DNA from: Hemiscyllium ocellatum
Taxonomy: Eukaryota
Length of the DNA stretch: 64,000 nt
Reading direction: 5' to 3'
Assembly: GCF_020745735.1 (NCBI RefSeq)
Contig: NC_083433.1
Location: forward strand, 22,889,363-22,953,362
A program made the translations under genes and the position numbers. The stretch's first letter is position 1. Every line of letters begins with the position of its first letter. Below the pieces are notes generated by a model. It had not been told where the DNA came from. It did no database searches and saw only the letters and a program-made list of their open reading frames with translations. Of the stretch, positions 50,891 through 61,567 are shown piece by piece.

Positions 50891-51132
50891 ACCAAAAACC
50901 AATGGCAAGAGAGCCCAAACCCAACTAATAATCAATGGTGCGGGAGCCCAAATCCAACCAAGAATCAATTGCAGGGGAGTCCAAACCCAACCAATAACCA
51001 CTGACAGAGGAATCCAAACCCAATGAATAACCAATGACAGGGGAGCACAAACACAACCAATAACCAATGGTGGGGGAGCCCAAATTCATCCAAGAATCAA
51101 TTGCAGGGGAGTCCAAACCCAATCAATAAGCA
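50891..51132 (+). repeat. 33-bp minisatellite, ~7.3 copies
   Basis: Unit approximately accaataaccaatgacaggggagcccaaaccca. Confidence 0.88.
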
Positions 51133-51774
51133 ACAGCTCCAACTGGGTGCAACGTGGCCATTGCATGCAATTACTTTGTGAGCAAATCAACCATTTTAAA
51201 AAGAGTAATTATTCTGAACAAGTGTATCTAGAGCAAATGTTTCCATTTGTGGGGAAGAGCACTATTAGAGGCTGTTAATGTAAGATAGTCACCAGGGGAA
51301 TTTAGAAGAAACTTCTATCCTCGAGGAATAGTGAAATTGTGGAATTTGTTACCAAAGGCAGAGCCTGAAGTGAGTAGTTTGGCTGCGTTGAAGCTCAGAG
51401 TGAATGAGAGAGAAAATATAAAGTTTTGTTGGCCAACTTAGTTGGGGAAAGATAGAGGTGGTTTGATTGGAACACAAGTGCCAGCATGGAATTGTTGGCT
51501 GAATGGTCTGTTTCTGTGCAATTTATAAAATTGAAGGCGATTTTAGAATGGTTACAGCACAGAAAGGAATAATTCTGTTCATTTCTTGAGCAACTCCACT
51601 TTCCCCAGAACCCCACAGAGGTTCCTTTCAGTCCTGTACCTCAATCCCTGTTGCAAACCATGATTGAATTTGCTTCCACTACAGTCACCACTCGCTGCAT
51701 AAAGAAGTTTTAGTCTTGCCCATGTTGGGATCTTTTGCTGAGCACCTTAAATTAGTGTTCTCTGGTTCTTCATC

Positions 51775-52232
51775 ATAGAATCCCTACAGCATGGAAAGTT
51801 GCCATTCAGCCCATCTAGTCCACGCTGACCATCTGAAGAGTATCCCACCCTATAACCTGCATTTCCCATGGCTAATCCACCTAGCCAGCAAATCCCTGAT
51901 ACTATGGGCAGTTTAGATTAGATTAGATTCCCTACAGTGTGGAAACTGGCCCTTCAGTCCCACAAATCCATACCAACCCTCTGAAGAGCAACCCACCTAG
52001 ACCCATTCCCCTACATTTTCCCCTGACTAATGCGCCTAACACTATGGGCAATTTAGCACGGCCAATTCACCTAACCTGCACATCTTTGAATTGTGGCAGG
52101 AAACCAGAGCACCTGGAGGAAATCCACACAGATACAAAGAGAACATGCAAACTCCACACAGCCAGTCACCCAAGGCTGGAATTGAATCTAGCTTCCTGGC
52201 GCTGTGAGACTGCAGTGCTAACCACTGAGCCG
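51775..52232 (-). mobile_element. Two adjacent/nested HE1-like SINEs
   Basis: Two tails (near 51775 and 51915) and one full V-domain and head. Confidence 0.8.
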
Positions 52233-52744
52233 CTCATTAATGTGTTATTGGGAATAGCTTCTCACCATGTATTCTGTGTCGACCCTTCATGATTTTAAAC
52301 ACTTCTAGCATGGTTTCTATCCACATAAACGAAGTCCCTTATCCTTGGCTCTTTTCGTTCAAACCTTTTCTGCAGCATCTCTACAGCCTTTGCCTCCTTC
52401 CTAAAATGTGTAATGCCACATGTAACTGGCTGGGAATGAACGACAGGGGAACAGAGAGAGAAAACTATTACCACTGGCTGGGGAGCTGAGGACTCGAGAC
52501 TGTAGTCTGAAAATTAGAGCTAGACATTTTAGGGAACAAGATGAGTAAATCCTGCAGTACACAATAGTGATAATTTGAAATTCCCTTCAATTTTTAATTT
52601 TATTTCTGAGGTAGAAAGGTGTTTGGTAACCAGACGTATCGTGGAATATGAAGTTCAGTCATACACCAATCTTGACCTTATTAAATGGCAGAACAAGCTG
52701 AAGGAACCTCTTGTTACCAATGGTCTGGGGTGAGCAACAGTGAA

Positions 52745-54380
52745 CCTCATAAGACTATAAGATGTAGGAGCAGAACGAGATCATTCAGCCTATTGAGTCT
52801 GTTCTGCCACTCAATGAGATCATGGCTGATCCGATAATCCTCAACTCCACTTTCCTGCCTTATCTCCATAACCCTTTATTTCTGTACTGATTTCAAAATC
52901 TGTCTATCTCAGCCTTGGAATATAATGACCCAAACTCAACAGTCCTCTGTAATAGAGAATTCCACAGATTCACTACCCTCCAAAAGAAGACATTCCTCCT
53001 CATTTCTGTCCCTTACTTTGAGATTTTCCCCCTAGTCCTAGACTCTTCCTCAAAGAGAAACAAACTTGAGGAGGAATTTCTTCTCTCAGAGGATTTTGAG
53101 TCTTTGGAAATCCTAGCCAAAGAGAGCCGAGGTGTCGAGTCCTTGTGTATTTTAAGGCTGAGGTAGATAGATTCCTGATCAGTAAGGGAAGCAGGTTTAT
53201 GGGAGAGAGTGGGAAAGTGGATGCCTGGAATGTTAGATCGGCCATGATCATCTGCTCTTGTTTTTATTTCTTAGTCTGATGGTCTGGCCTCTTAATATCT
53301 ATGCTGTCAAGTCCCTGAAAAACCTTGTATATTTCAATAAGGTCAGCTGTCATTCTTCTAAACTCCAATGAATACAGTCTCAATCTACTTAACCTCTTGT
53401 CATAAGAAAATCCTCCAAACTCAGTATCTGAAGTATGGTGCTGGAAAAGCACAGCTGGTCAGGCAGCATCCAAGGAGCAGGGAAGTTGACGTTTCGAGCA
53501 GAAACTCTTCATCACATTCCTGATGATGAGCTTATGCTCAAAATGTCGACTCTCCTGCTCCTCGGATGCTGCCTGACTCGTGGCGCTTTTCTAGCACTGC
53601 ACTTTTTGACTCTGGTCTCCAGCATCTGCAGTCCTCACTTCCTCCAATCCCAGTACCAGCCTGGTGAACCTTCTGTGGACTGCCTCCAATGCCAATGTGT
53701 CTTTCCTTAGATAATGGAACCAAAGCTATTCACATTTAAATATAGAAAGACTACAGAAAGCTACAGTCTATATGGATTCGGGTCTTTGTGCTTGAATCAC
53801 AAAAAGCTATCTTCCAAATGGAATGGTTAATAGGGAAAGTATATGGACAGCTGGTGTTAATTTCAAAGGGACTGGTGTGTAAAAAAAAGGGAAGTATTGC
53901 TAAAGCTGTACAAAGCACTAGTCAGACCACAGCTGGAATACAGTGAACAGCTTTGGTTCCCTTCTAATTGAACATGGCTAATCCACCTAACCTGTGCATC
54001 TTTGGACTGTGGGAGGAAACATTGGAGCACCTGGAGGAAACCCACACAGACACTGGGAGAATGTGCAAACTCCACACAGACAACTGCCTGAGGCTGGAAT
54101 CAAACCTGAGTCCCCCGGTGCTGTGAGGCAGCAGTGCTAACCGCTGAGCCATCGTACCACCCTCACCATCTGCTCTCACACCTATTTTTGTGTCATCCAC
54201 AAACATAACTTTCATACATTCACTTTCCGCACCCAGGTCATTAACATATATTGTAAATAATTGTGTCCCTAGCACTGACCCCTGTGGCACTGCACTTATT
54301 ACAGGTTATCATTCGAAACTGCTCCCCCTCCCCCCATCCCATTCTCTGTCCTCTATGAATCAGCCAATCCTCTATCTTTG
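52745..54380. mobile_element. Mixed CR1 relics with family-A palindrome (~53430-53640) and HE1 SINE (~53965-54160, -)
   Basis: PQGSVLGTQLFTIYVNDL..FVDDTKIG on - strand, interrupted by the SINE; LYSLEFRRM..DLIE. Confidence 0.75.
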
Positions 54381-56161
54381 CTAATTTAGGATTCCAAAAT
54401 GACAGAGCCCAGAACGTTAACTCTGCTTTCTCTCCACAGATGCTGTCAGGCCTGCTGAGTTTTTCCAGCAATTTCTGTTTTTGTTCCCAATGTCATGGAC
54501 TGTTACTTAGGAGCCTTATGAGTAGTCGCCTTCACTGTCCTTTCTCGAAGAGAATGACCTCTAGTCCCTGGGTTCTGAACCCCCATTGATGGAGAAAAGG
54601 TCTGACTGAATACATGTGCCACATACCTGGGATAGATATGGCAGGTTCTGGCGGAAGCCATTCGGCCCGTAGTGTCGGGGCTCTCCATTGCAACATGAAC
54701 TCCAGTCCTGCACAAAGTCTTGCCCCCCTGTCAAGTTGCTGAACCAGAGGAGTCATTCCGTCTAAATCTCTGAAGGTTTATGACGCAAGCTGAGAGGCTG
54801 CAACAAAAGGCACTGGGGAAACTAGAGCATATTTCCAGGACTATTAATTACGAAACAAAAGGCAGAGGGCTGCGCTCCTAAACAAAAACTTCATTCAATT
54901 TATGAAACATACACATACGGTTCCAGAAAGAGTGAGGTGATAGATTACTGCTGTGGAAACTACTTGTTATCTGCCAGCGCCACCTTGTGTGAATTAATTT
55001 TTCCCTGTAAGACATTTTACAGGGAAGAAATTGTATAGCAGTATTATCGCGATGGATATTGATCTTTCTGACTGGCCGTTGCTGTGAAGGGAAGGGTCTG
55101 TAACAGATACAGTCCAGAAACTGCACCCCCACCCTCCTCTCTCTCTCTCTGTGCAGCATTTCTGACTGCAGCTGTCTCCAGCTGGAAGCCTGACAGCTGA
55201 CAGCAGACATTTTGTACTGATTGTCTTCCTCGGCTGTTGTCGCAGGAAATCCCTCCTCCCCTCAACTTGTGATGTCACCCAGAAGGGGGAATTCCACACA
55301 AAATGTCTGCTTGCAGCCTGAAAGCTCAGCAGCACAGGGTCAGGCAGACTGTGTGTAGAAGGGTAAGCAGACTGTGTGTACAGGTGTAGACAGCCTGTAT
55401 ATTCAGGAACAGGCAGACTGTGTACATAGGAACAAGGCAGAACATGTGCAGCCTGACATTTTTTTCAGGAAACTGAAAATCCACAAAGTCTATGAGGGAT
55501 AATGAGCAGCACTTGAAATATCTCACCCTAGCTTTAGGCTAGAAAGGTTTTGATATCACAAACTTTCATTTTAAACCTAATATTCTGATTGTTTGCAATA
55601 TGACTCTGATAGAGATGTCACCCTGAATTGAGACAGTAGCCCATTCAACCCCTCAAACCAGGTGAGATTATGAGCTTCTACATAAATCAAGGCTGATCTG
55701 ATTGTGGCTTTAACTCTTGCTTTTGCTGTCTTTTCCCTCATGACTGTTATTGATCAAAAATCTAACTTAGCCTTGACTGCATTCAATGACACCTGAAGCC
55801 TTCATTGTATGGGGAGTGAATTTCAAAGATTAACAACATTCTCTCTGAGGGAAGAAATTCCTTCTCACCTCCATCTTAAATGGGAGACCTTTTATTTTGA
55901 ATCTGTGTCCCATTGTTCTTTATTCCTTCAGGAGTGGGAACAATTGATGCGGCTGTACGAGGATCTGAAAGAGTTAATGTCAAAGTTGCATTTAGTTCCA
56001 CCCAATCTGATAATGTCACACAATCTTTGAGTGGAGAAACCAGGTCTGAATAGAGAGAGACATGTTATCTCTTGCTCCTGATAATCATTGTAATTATACC
56101 TAGCAAATCAATGTAACTTGTAACTACATCATATTGTGGATGCAAGTGCATCTTCTCTCTC

Positions 56162-56816
56162 TGATAATGGTGCGGCTTTAAGAGGTGTATTTTGAGCTGG
56201 TTTCTTAGACAGAAATTGGAGCAGAGATGTAGGGCAGTCTATGACACGATGAACAACTTGTGAGGCCTTGGGGATTTTTTTGAAAGTTAGAACAATAGAA
56301 GCAGCCTGGATGGGTGTGGCCAGTGCTCACCAACCAGGATTTCTCATTTTCAGTTTTTGAGCTTTGAGATTCAGCAGCGGGTTGCTGTTGGGGTCTCATT
56401 GGGATCGGAGGTCGCAGTAAATGTCTCCTGGCTGTTACTCTGAGTTCTCACTTGATATTTTTTCTCTCTCCCTGCTGCTGGATTGCATCTGAGATAATCT
56501 GTTTCTGACTGCCTTTCTGCCAAGGCGTGTGTTGATGTGATGTTACTATATTGGAACAGTTAATTAGTAATAGTTACTCTGTCTATTGTTCCGTTTTACT
56601 ATCCAATAGAGGTAAATTATTCTATGTTCTGCTTTCTTTTGCTGCATTTTAACTATAATTTTTGAATAAATTGTGTTTTGCTTAACACTGAGTAGCTTAA
56701 CCAGTCGAAATCTTTTTCTGAACACAGCACTTTATATTTGCCTTTGAAATAAGAAAAAGTTAGGGTCTAGGCTACCTTCTTAAAAAGATTTAGAGGGTCT
56801 GGTCTGGTCCATAACA
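56162..56816 (+). mobile_element. Solo LTR (655 bp) with TCTC TSD
   Basis: TGATAATGG...CCATAACA termini; TCTC at 56158-56161 and 56817-56820; AATAAA near 56665. Confidence 0.85.
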
Positions 56817-57829
56817 TCTCAAATGTGGTTTATCCTCCACCACTCCTAAATTACACAGGACGTTAGTACAGGAAGAACAGTTAAGGAAGATTGTGGCATC
56901 TGGAGGAATATATGAAAATGGACAGGAAAAGAGGGATACAGATCCTGTAAATGAAGACAGTTTTAGTATGGGAGGGCAAAACGTGTTGGTTCGGGGTTGG
57001 AGGGCCAAAGGGCTGGTTCCTATTGTTCTTTGTCTATGTGAGGGTCAGTTAAAATACATGGGAAGCAGATTTGGAGGTAGCACACCACCTGTATTTAGTA
57101 TTGCATTGTACAACATGGTGACCAGCATTGGGGGAGGCTGCATAAATATCTCAAGGTAATGATTGTGTGGGGGGGAAAGAAAACCCATTACACCCAGGCA
57201 GAAATTTTTTTTAGCAGAAACTGAGTTTAGTCTTCAAAGGAGAGTCAGGTTTGAGTGTGTAAATATCAGGAACAAGCATCAATGCTGAAATAAACTTGAA
57301 CCCCCCAAGAGATGGTAGGAAGTGCAGGAAAACCAAACAGTGTGGGCTAGAAAGAGAGTAAAAACTGGAGGAAGTGACAAAGTCCTTATATACGGGCAGT
57401 GTTGGTATCTTGTCCTATTAATATGATGGTAAATATCTGGGAAATAAAGGTAACAAGGAGTTGTGAACTAGTTAGTTTACTGTATTCATATATAAAGAAA
57501 AAAAACCAGCCAGAAACTGCCTGGGTTTTATTGTGTGTGCTTGGTTGAAATAAAACTCCAACTGCAAGTGTATGGACATTGTCTAAAAGTATTTAATTTT
57601 TAATGTCCATATTGGTCAAATGAATACATCAGAATGTAATCTTTCAGGGTACAATTATACACCCTGTTTTCTGAGTGGAAACTGTATGACCAATGCAAGA
57701 ATGAAGTTACAATGTGGACTTGTGTAACTTCTTTATTAAAGAGTAAACAAGGTATCACCTTCATAGTCTCATTGTGATAGTGAAGCAGGATAAGAAACAG
57801 TTTTTTTTTCAGAACTAGATCTGATGATT

Positions 57830-59850
57830 TGAACATGGACGAAGGTTTGAACAGATTTATTCATGAAAATTAACAAATTAATTAAAAGGCTGATTTACTG
57901 AATTTTTTCTGATGTGGGGACAGATTCTGACAAATTTAGAAAGAGTGAAGGTAATTCCATGGAAGAGTACTTAATGGAATTCAGTAGATTGTATGCAAGA
58001 CTGTAGAATTTTCAGTTGCAAATTCCCCAATGTGTGCTTGTACTTTAGTTATGAGACTTGCCAAAGAATCGAGTATGAACAGATTTTAATCTCTGGCTGC
58101 AGGAGTTAAAATTGCAGGGAAACTCAGATTGCTAGATCAAATATTGGAAGCACTAAGAAAAACAAATCCTTGGAAAGCCTACCTTTCCAGCAGTGTTCGT
58201 GATGTGGAGGGAGCAGTCAATGATATATCAGAAATGGAAGGCGCAACAGTAACGGAACACTAAGACTGTCTCAAAACAGTCACAGGCAACAGTATGGAAG
58301 GAGAATTGTATCTAAGAAAAATGAACACTGAAAGCTTTTCATAATTTTGGAAAGCAAAGCGATTTTGGAATTTACCATAAATCAATGAATCTCAGGAATG
58401 CCCAGCTCATAGTCAATCAATGTCTCAGTTATAATTTAAAGATCCATATGGCATGAACTGTCCCAAATGATATAATAAAATACTCAAAACTAAACATGGA
58501 ATGGAATATTTGGAGTAGGAAGGTGCAAATATGCATCAACTGGAAGACATTGTATTGGTTATATGAAGTTTCAGCTCAGTCGTGAATGTGTTAATGGTAG
58601 AGTCTTTCAGTTGTGCAGTGTAACACAGTCTACAGTGTGTGGTATAGTTTGGCTAAAACTCTGCAGAGATTCTCTGACAAAGTTAAGCAATTCGAGAATT
58701 CCACTGGTTTCAAATTTGTGAGATGGTGACACATTAAAATCCTTAAAAAAGTCATCATTCCTTGTAAGATTGTGGAGTTGACCATTTTATTAACATGGGT
58801 GTTGTATCTAGTGAAGTTGGTCATTGATAAAGAATGTGCAGATGAAACTGGATATGGAAAATAACAAAGCTTTTGTGTTTGTAAACTCTCTAAATGAGCA
58901 ATTTGCACAATTAGAACACTATTGCATTCTTTCAATGGAATATAACCTCTTGTGGGAAAAGATCTGCCACCCTGCCAACCCGGGATAGGCCCACAAAAGC
59001 AAAATTGGCCAACGGTACCAAAAAAAACACCCAGAATGCCTCAGCAGGGACCAGGCAGGCTGACAAGCCAAACTAGACAGCACTCACAGACAAAGGAATA
59101 CACTTCAAGCTCCCACTAACAATGTCAGAGCAACACAGCTATCCCAAAGCCCCGAGGGCAGTTTCACAACCCAGCAATACCAAAGACACACAAAGAGCAG
59201 GTCAGACAGGCACCAGCAAGAGCATTGCTCCCAGGACAAGACAATGGAAGATTTCAAATGAGGTAGCGGCTGTGGAGTTAAAGATATGGATAAAGAAAGT
59301 ATGTTAGTTTTACATCTTTTGAATTTGGCAACCAGATTTTGTCAGTGGACAATAATACATAGTAAAAATTAGAAATGATTGTGGATAAGGAAAAGTGGAT
59401 AGGGATTGGTCTTGGACCACTGGCAACATTACTCACTCAACACAGTGGGGCAGTTTGCTAATGATGAATGGAGAGATTAATGTGCAAATATGGACGCTTT
59501 AGTTATGAATACAGCAGCAAAAATCCTTTTAGAATGGGGTGTGAGAAAGAAAATGCAGGGAATAGATAAAATGGTTCATAAAAGTTTGCAAGTCAGCCAA
59601 ATGTAAGTTCTCATCTGTTCCAGATGTATGTTCTAAGAACCCTTTACAGATGGTAAGCAGATATAGTTGGTATTAATTAGCTTTCGGTAAATAGCCTAAA
59701 ATCTCATTATCATGAGTGACCCAGCTTGAGCAGGGAGCATTTGTTTGGAGCAAGTGAACACACTCATGTAGACAGAAAGGTTTTTATTAAAGATGGAGTC
59801 TCAGAAATAATAAAGTGAGCCTTAAGGTGTAGTGCAGGCCATTGAAAACC
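57830..59850 (+). mobile_element. Decayed copia-type LTR retrotransposon internal region (gag ... integrase)
   Basis: DKFRKSEGNSMEEYLMEFSRLY (gag-like, ~57930-58000); GQFANDEWRD, VMNTAA and NGV*ER (integrase core, ~59448-59550); many stops. Confidence 0.55.
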
Positions 59851-59854
59851 GGTT

Positions 59855-60192
59855 TCATAGAGTTGTAGAGATGTACAGCATGGAAACAGACCCTTCGGTC
59901 CAACTTATCCATGCCGACCAGATATCCCAACCCAATCTAGTCCCACCTGCCAGCACTTGGCCCATATCCCTCCAAACCGTTCCTATTCATACACCCATCC
60001 AGATGCCTTTTAAATGTTGCAATTGTACCAGCCTCCACCACTTCCTCTGGCACACACGTACCACCCTCTGTGTGAAAAGGTTGCCCATCAGGTCTCTTTT
60101 ATATCTTTCCCCTCTCACCCTAAACCTATGCCCTCTAGTTCTGGATTCCCCCACCCCAGGGAAAAGACTTTGTCTACTTATCCTATCCATGC
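59855..60192 (-). mobile_element. CR1 3' fragment
   Basis: MDRISRQSLFPGVGESRTRGHRFRVRG and CR1 3'UTR. Confidence 0.88.
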
Positions 60193-60249
60193 TGAAAATG
60201 TGTTGCTGGTTAAAGCGCAGCAGGTCAGGCAGCATCCAAGGAACAGGAA

Positions 60250-60285
60250 ATTCGACGTTTCGGGCATAAGCCCTTCATCAGGAAT
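60250..60285 (-). ncRNA. Minimal hammerhead ribozyme motif (PLE-type, family A) within a pLTR arm ~60192-60366
   Basis: AUUC-CUGAUGA-A-GGGC-UUAU-GCCC-GAAA-CG-UC-GAAU: 4-bp helix I, 4-bp helix II, palindromic ACGU helix III, GUC cleavage triplet. Confidence 0.75.
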
Positions 60286-60366
60286 GAGGAAAGTGTGTCC
60301 AGCAGGCTAAGATAAAAGGTAGGGAGGAGGGACGATGGAGATGCGAGAGGTGGAAGGAGGTCAAGG

Positions 60367-61102
60367 TGATAAGTTGGAAATAGATATAGTGACCATATAG
60401 AAAATGGAGCTCAGAAATGTTAACTAAAATGGCCCCGGCACATTGGCTGTATTTCCCGGTATCCTAAGCGACAGGCTAAGCGAAACTAATTGCTAACATA
60501 GCAATTTGTAAGAAGCCAGCCTAGCTGTATAAACAATCCTCCCCATAAGTCCGAGGATGATACAGTACATAGCACCAGATCAAAGGGCAACCATCAGAGG
60601 AATACTGGAGCCTCATTGTTTTAGAGCTGTACTAATGAATACATGTTTAGTTTAGAGCAATTTTGATATCTGAATGTTACCTTGAAAAGCAGAGTAAGAA
60701 TAATGAGGGCTATGTTGGACTTTAGAGATAGTGTTAAGAGCTTAGCCAGATGGCTGTTGGTATCTGTGTGTGTGTTAGATTTAGAGCACTTTTGATGTGT
60801 AAGCTTCCAATAAAGTATGCTTTGATTAATATACTGTGCGATAGCTTAATGATACGGGACTCTGTATTGCGTGCGAAGTTATGTATAAATGTAACAACTT
60901 TCCCTAACAACGGTGAGAGAATCCACTCTTTAGTACCCGCCGTGGTCTAAGGTGGCTTTTCTCCCAAGCCTTGTTTGTATATTCGTATACTGACAGTCTT
61001 GAATAAAAACAGTGCTGTTGAAAGGTATTAATTAAGTGGTGGTTCTCTGTTCTTGGACAGGCGTTCACAAGATGCCCAGGAGCTCAAGGCTGAGCTTCCA
61101 CA
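60367..61102 (+). mobile_element. 5' LTR of endogenous retrovirus
   Basis: TATAAA at 60884, AATAAA at 61002, ends ...ttccaCA at 61102 just before the PBS. The 5' TG boundary is inferred from where Penelope homology stops. Confidence 0.78.
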
Positions 61103-61105
61103 TTT

Positions 61106-61123
61106 TGGTGGCAGTGGTGGGAT
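61106..61123 (+). promoter_or_regulatory. Primer binding site, tRNA-Leu
   Basis: TGGTGGCAGTGGTGGGAT is the reverse complement of the vertebrate tRNA-Leu 3' end ...ATCCCACCACTGCCACCA. Confidence 0.88.
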
Positions 61124-61567
61124 CCCAACGGAAGGCGGCTCCTGGTGACGGTTGAACAGGACACGGTCTTGCTGTGGCAAGGTGGACACGGGCCCAACTA
61201 GGACGTGAGTATACCGTTTGGGACTCACGACTAGTGTCTCCCCAAGTCAGGGGCGGACCTGGATCCAACTCAACGCAGCAGGAGCTGCTACCGGACGGGA
61301 TCCAGAACGAACCAGTGAACAGCTTTTTAAAGGGACCACCACAAAAGCGCTGGGAGTGCTATAGAAGGTAGGACAATTTAAAAAAAAGAGCGCTGGGAGC
61401 GCGGGGAGAAATAAGAATAGTTAGATACGTACGGGTTTAAAGTCCCTTGGGGTTAGAGTCCCCATAAAAGCACCACAGTACGTCTGTGTGAGAGGGTTTA
61501 AAGTCCCTTGAGCAGGATCTCATAAAAGCAACACTCACAAAAGGTTAGGGAAAGTTTAGGGAACATT

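Noticed and set aside
50891-51132. CRISPR-like array
   Set aside because: Contiguous degenerate tandem units with no unique spacers, in a eukaryotic context with no cas genes.
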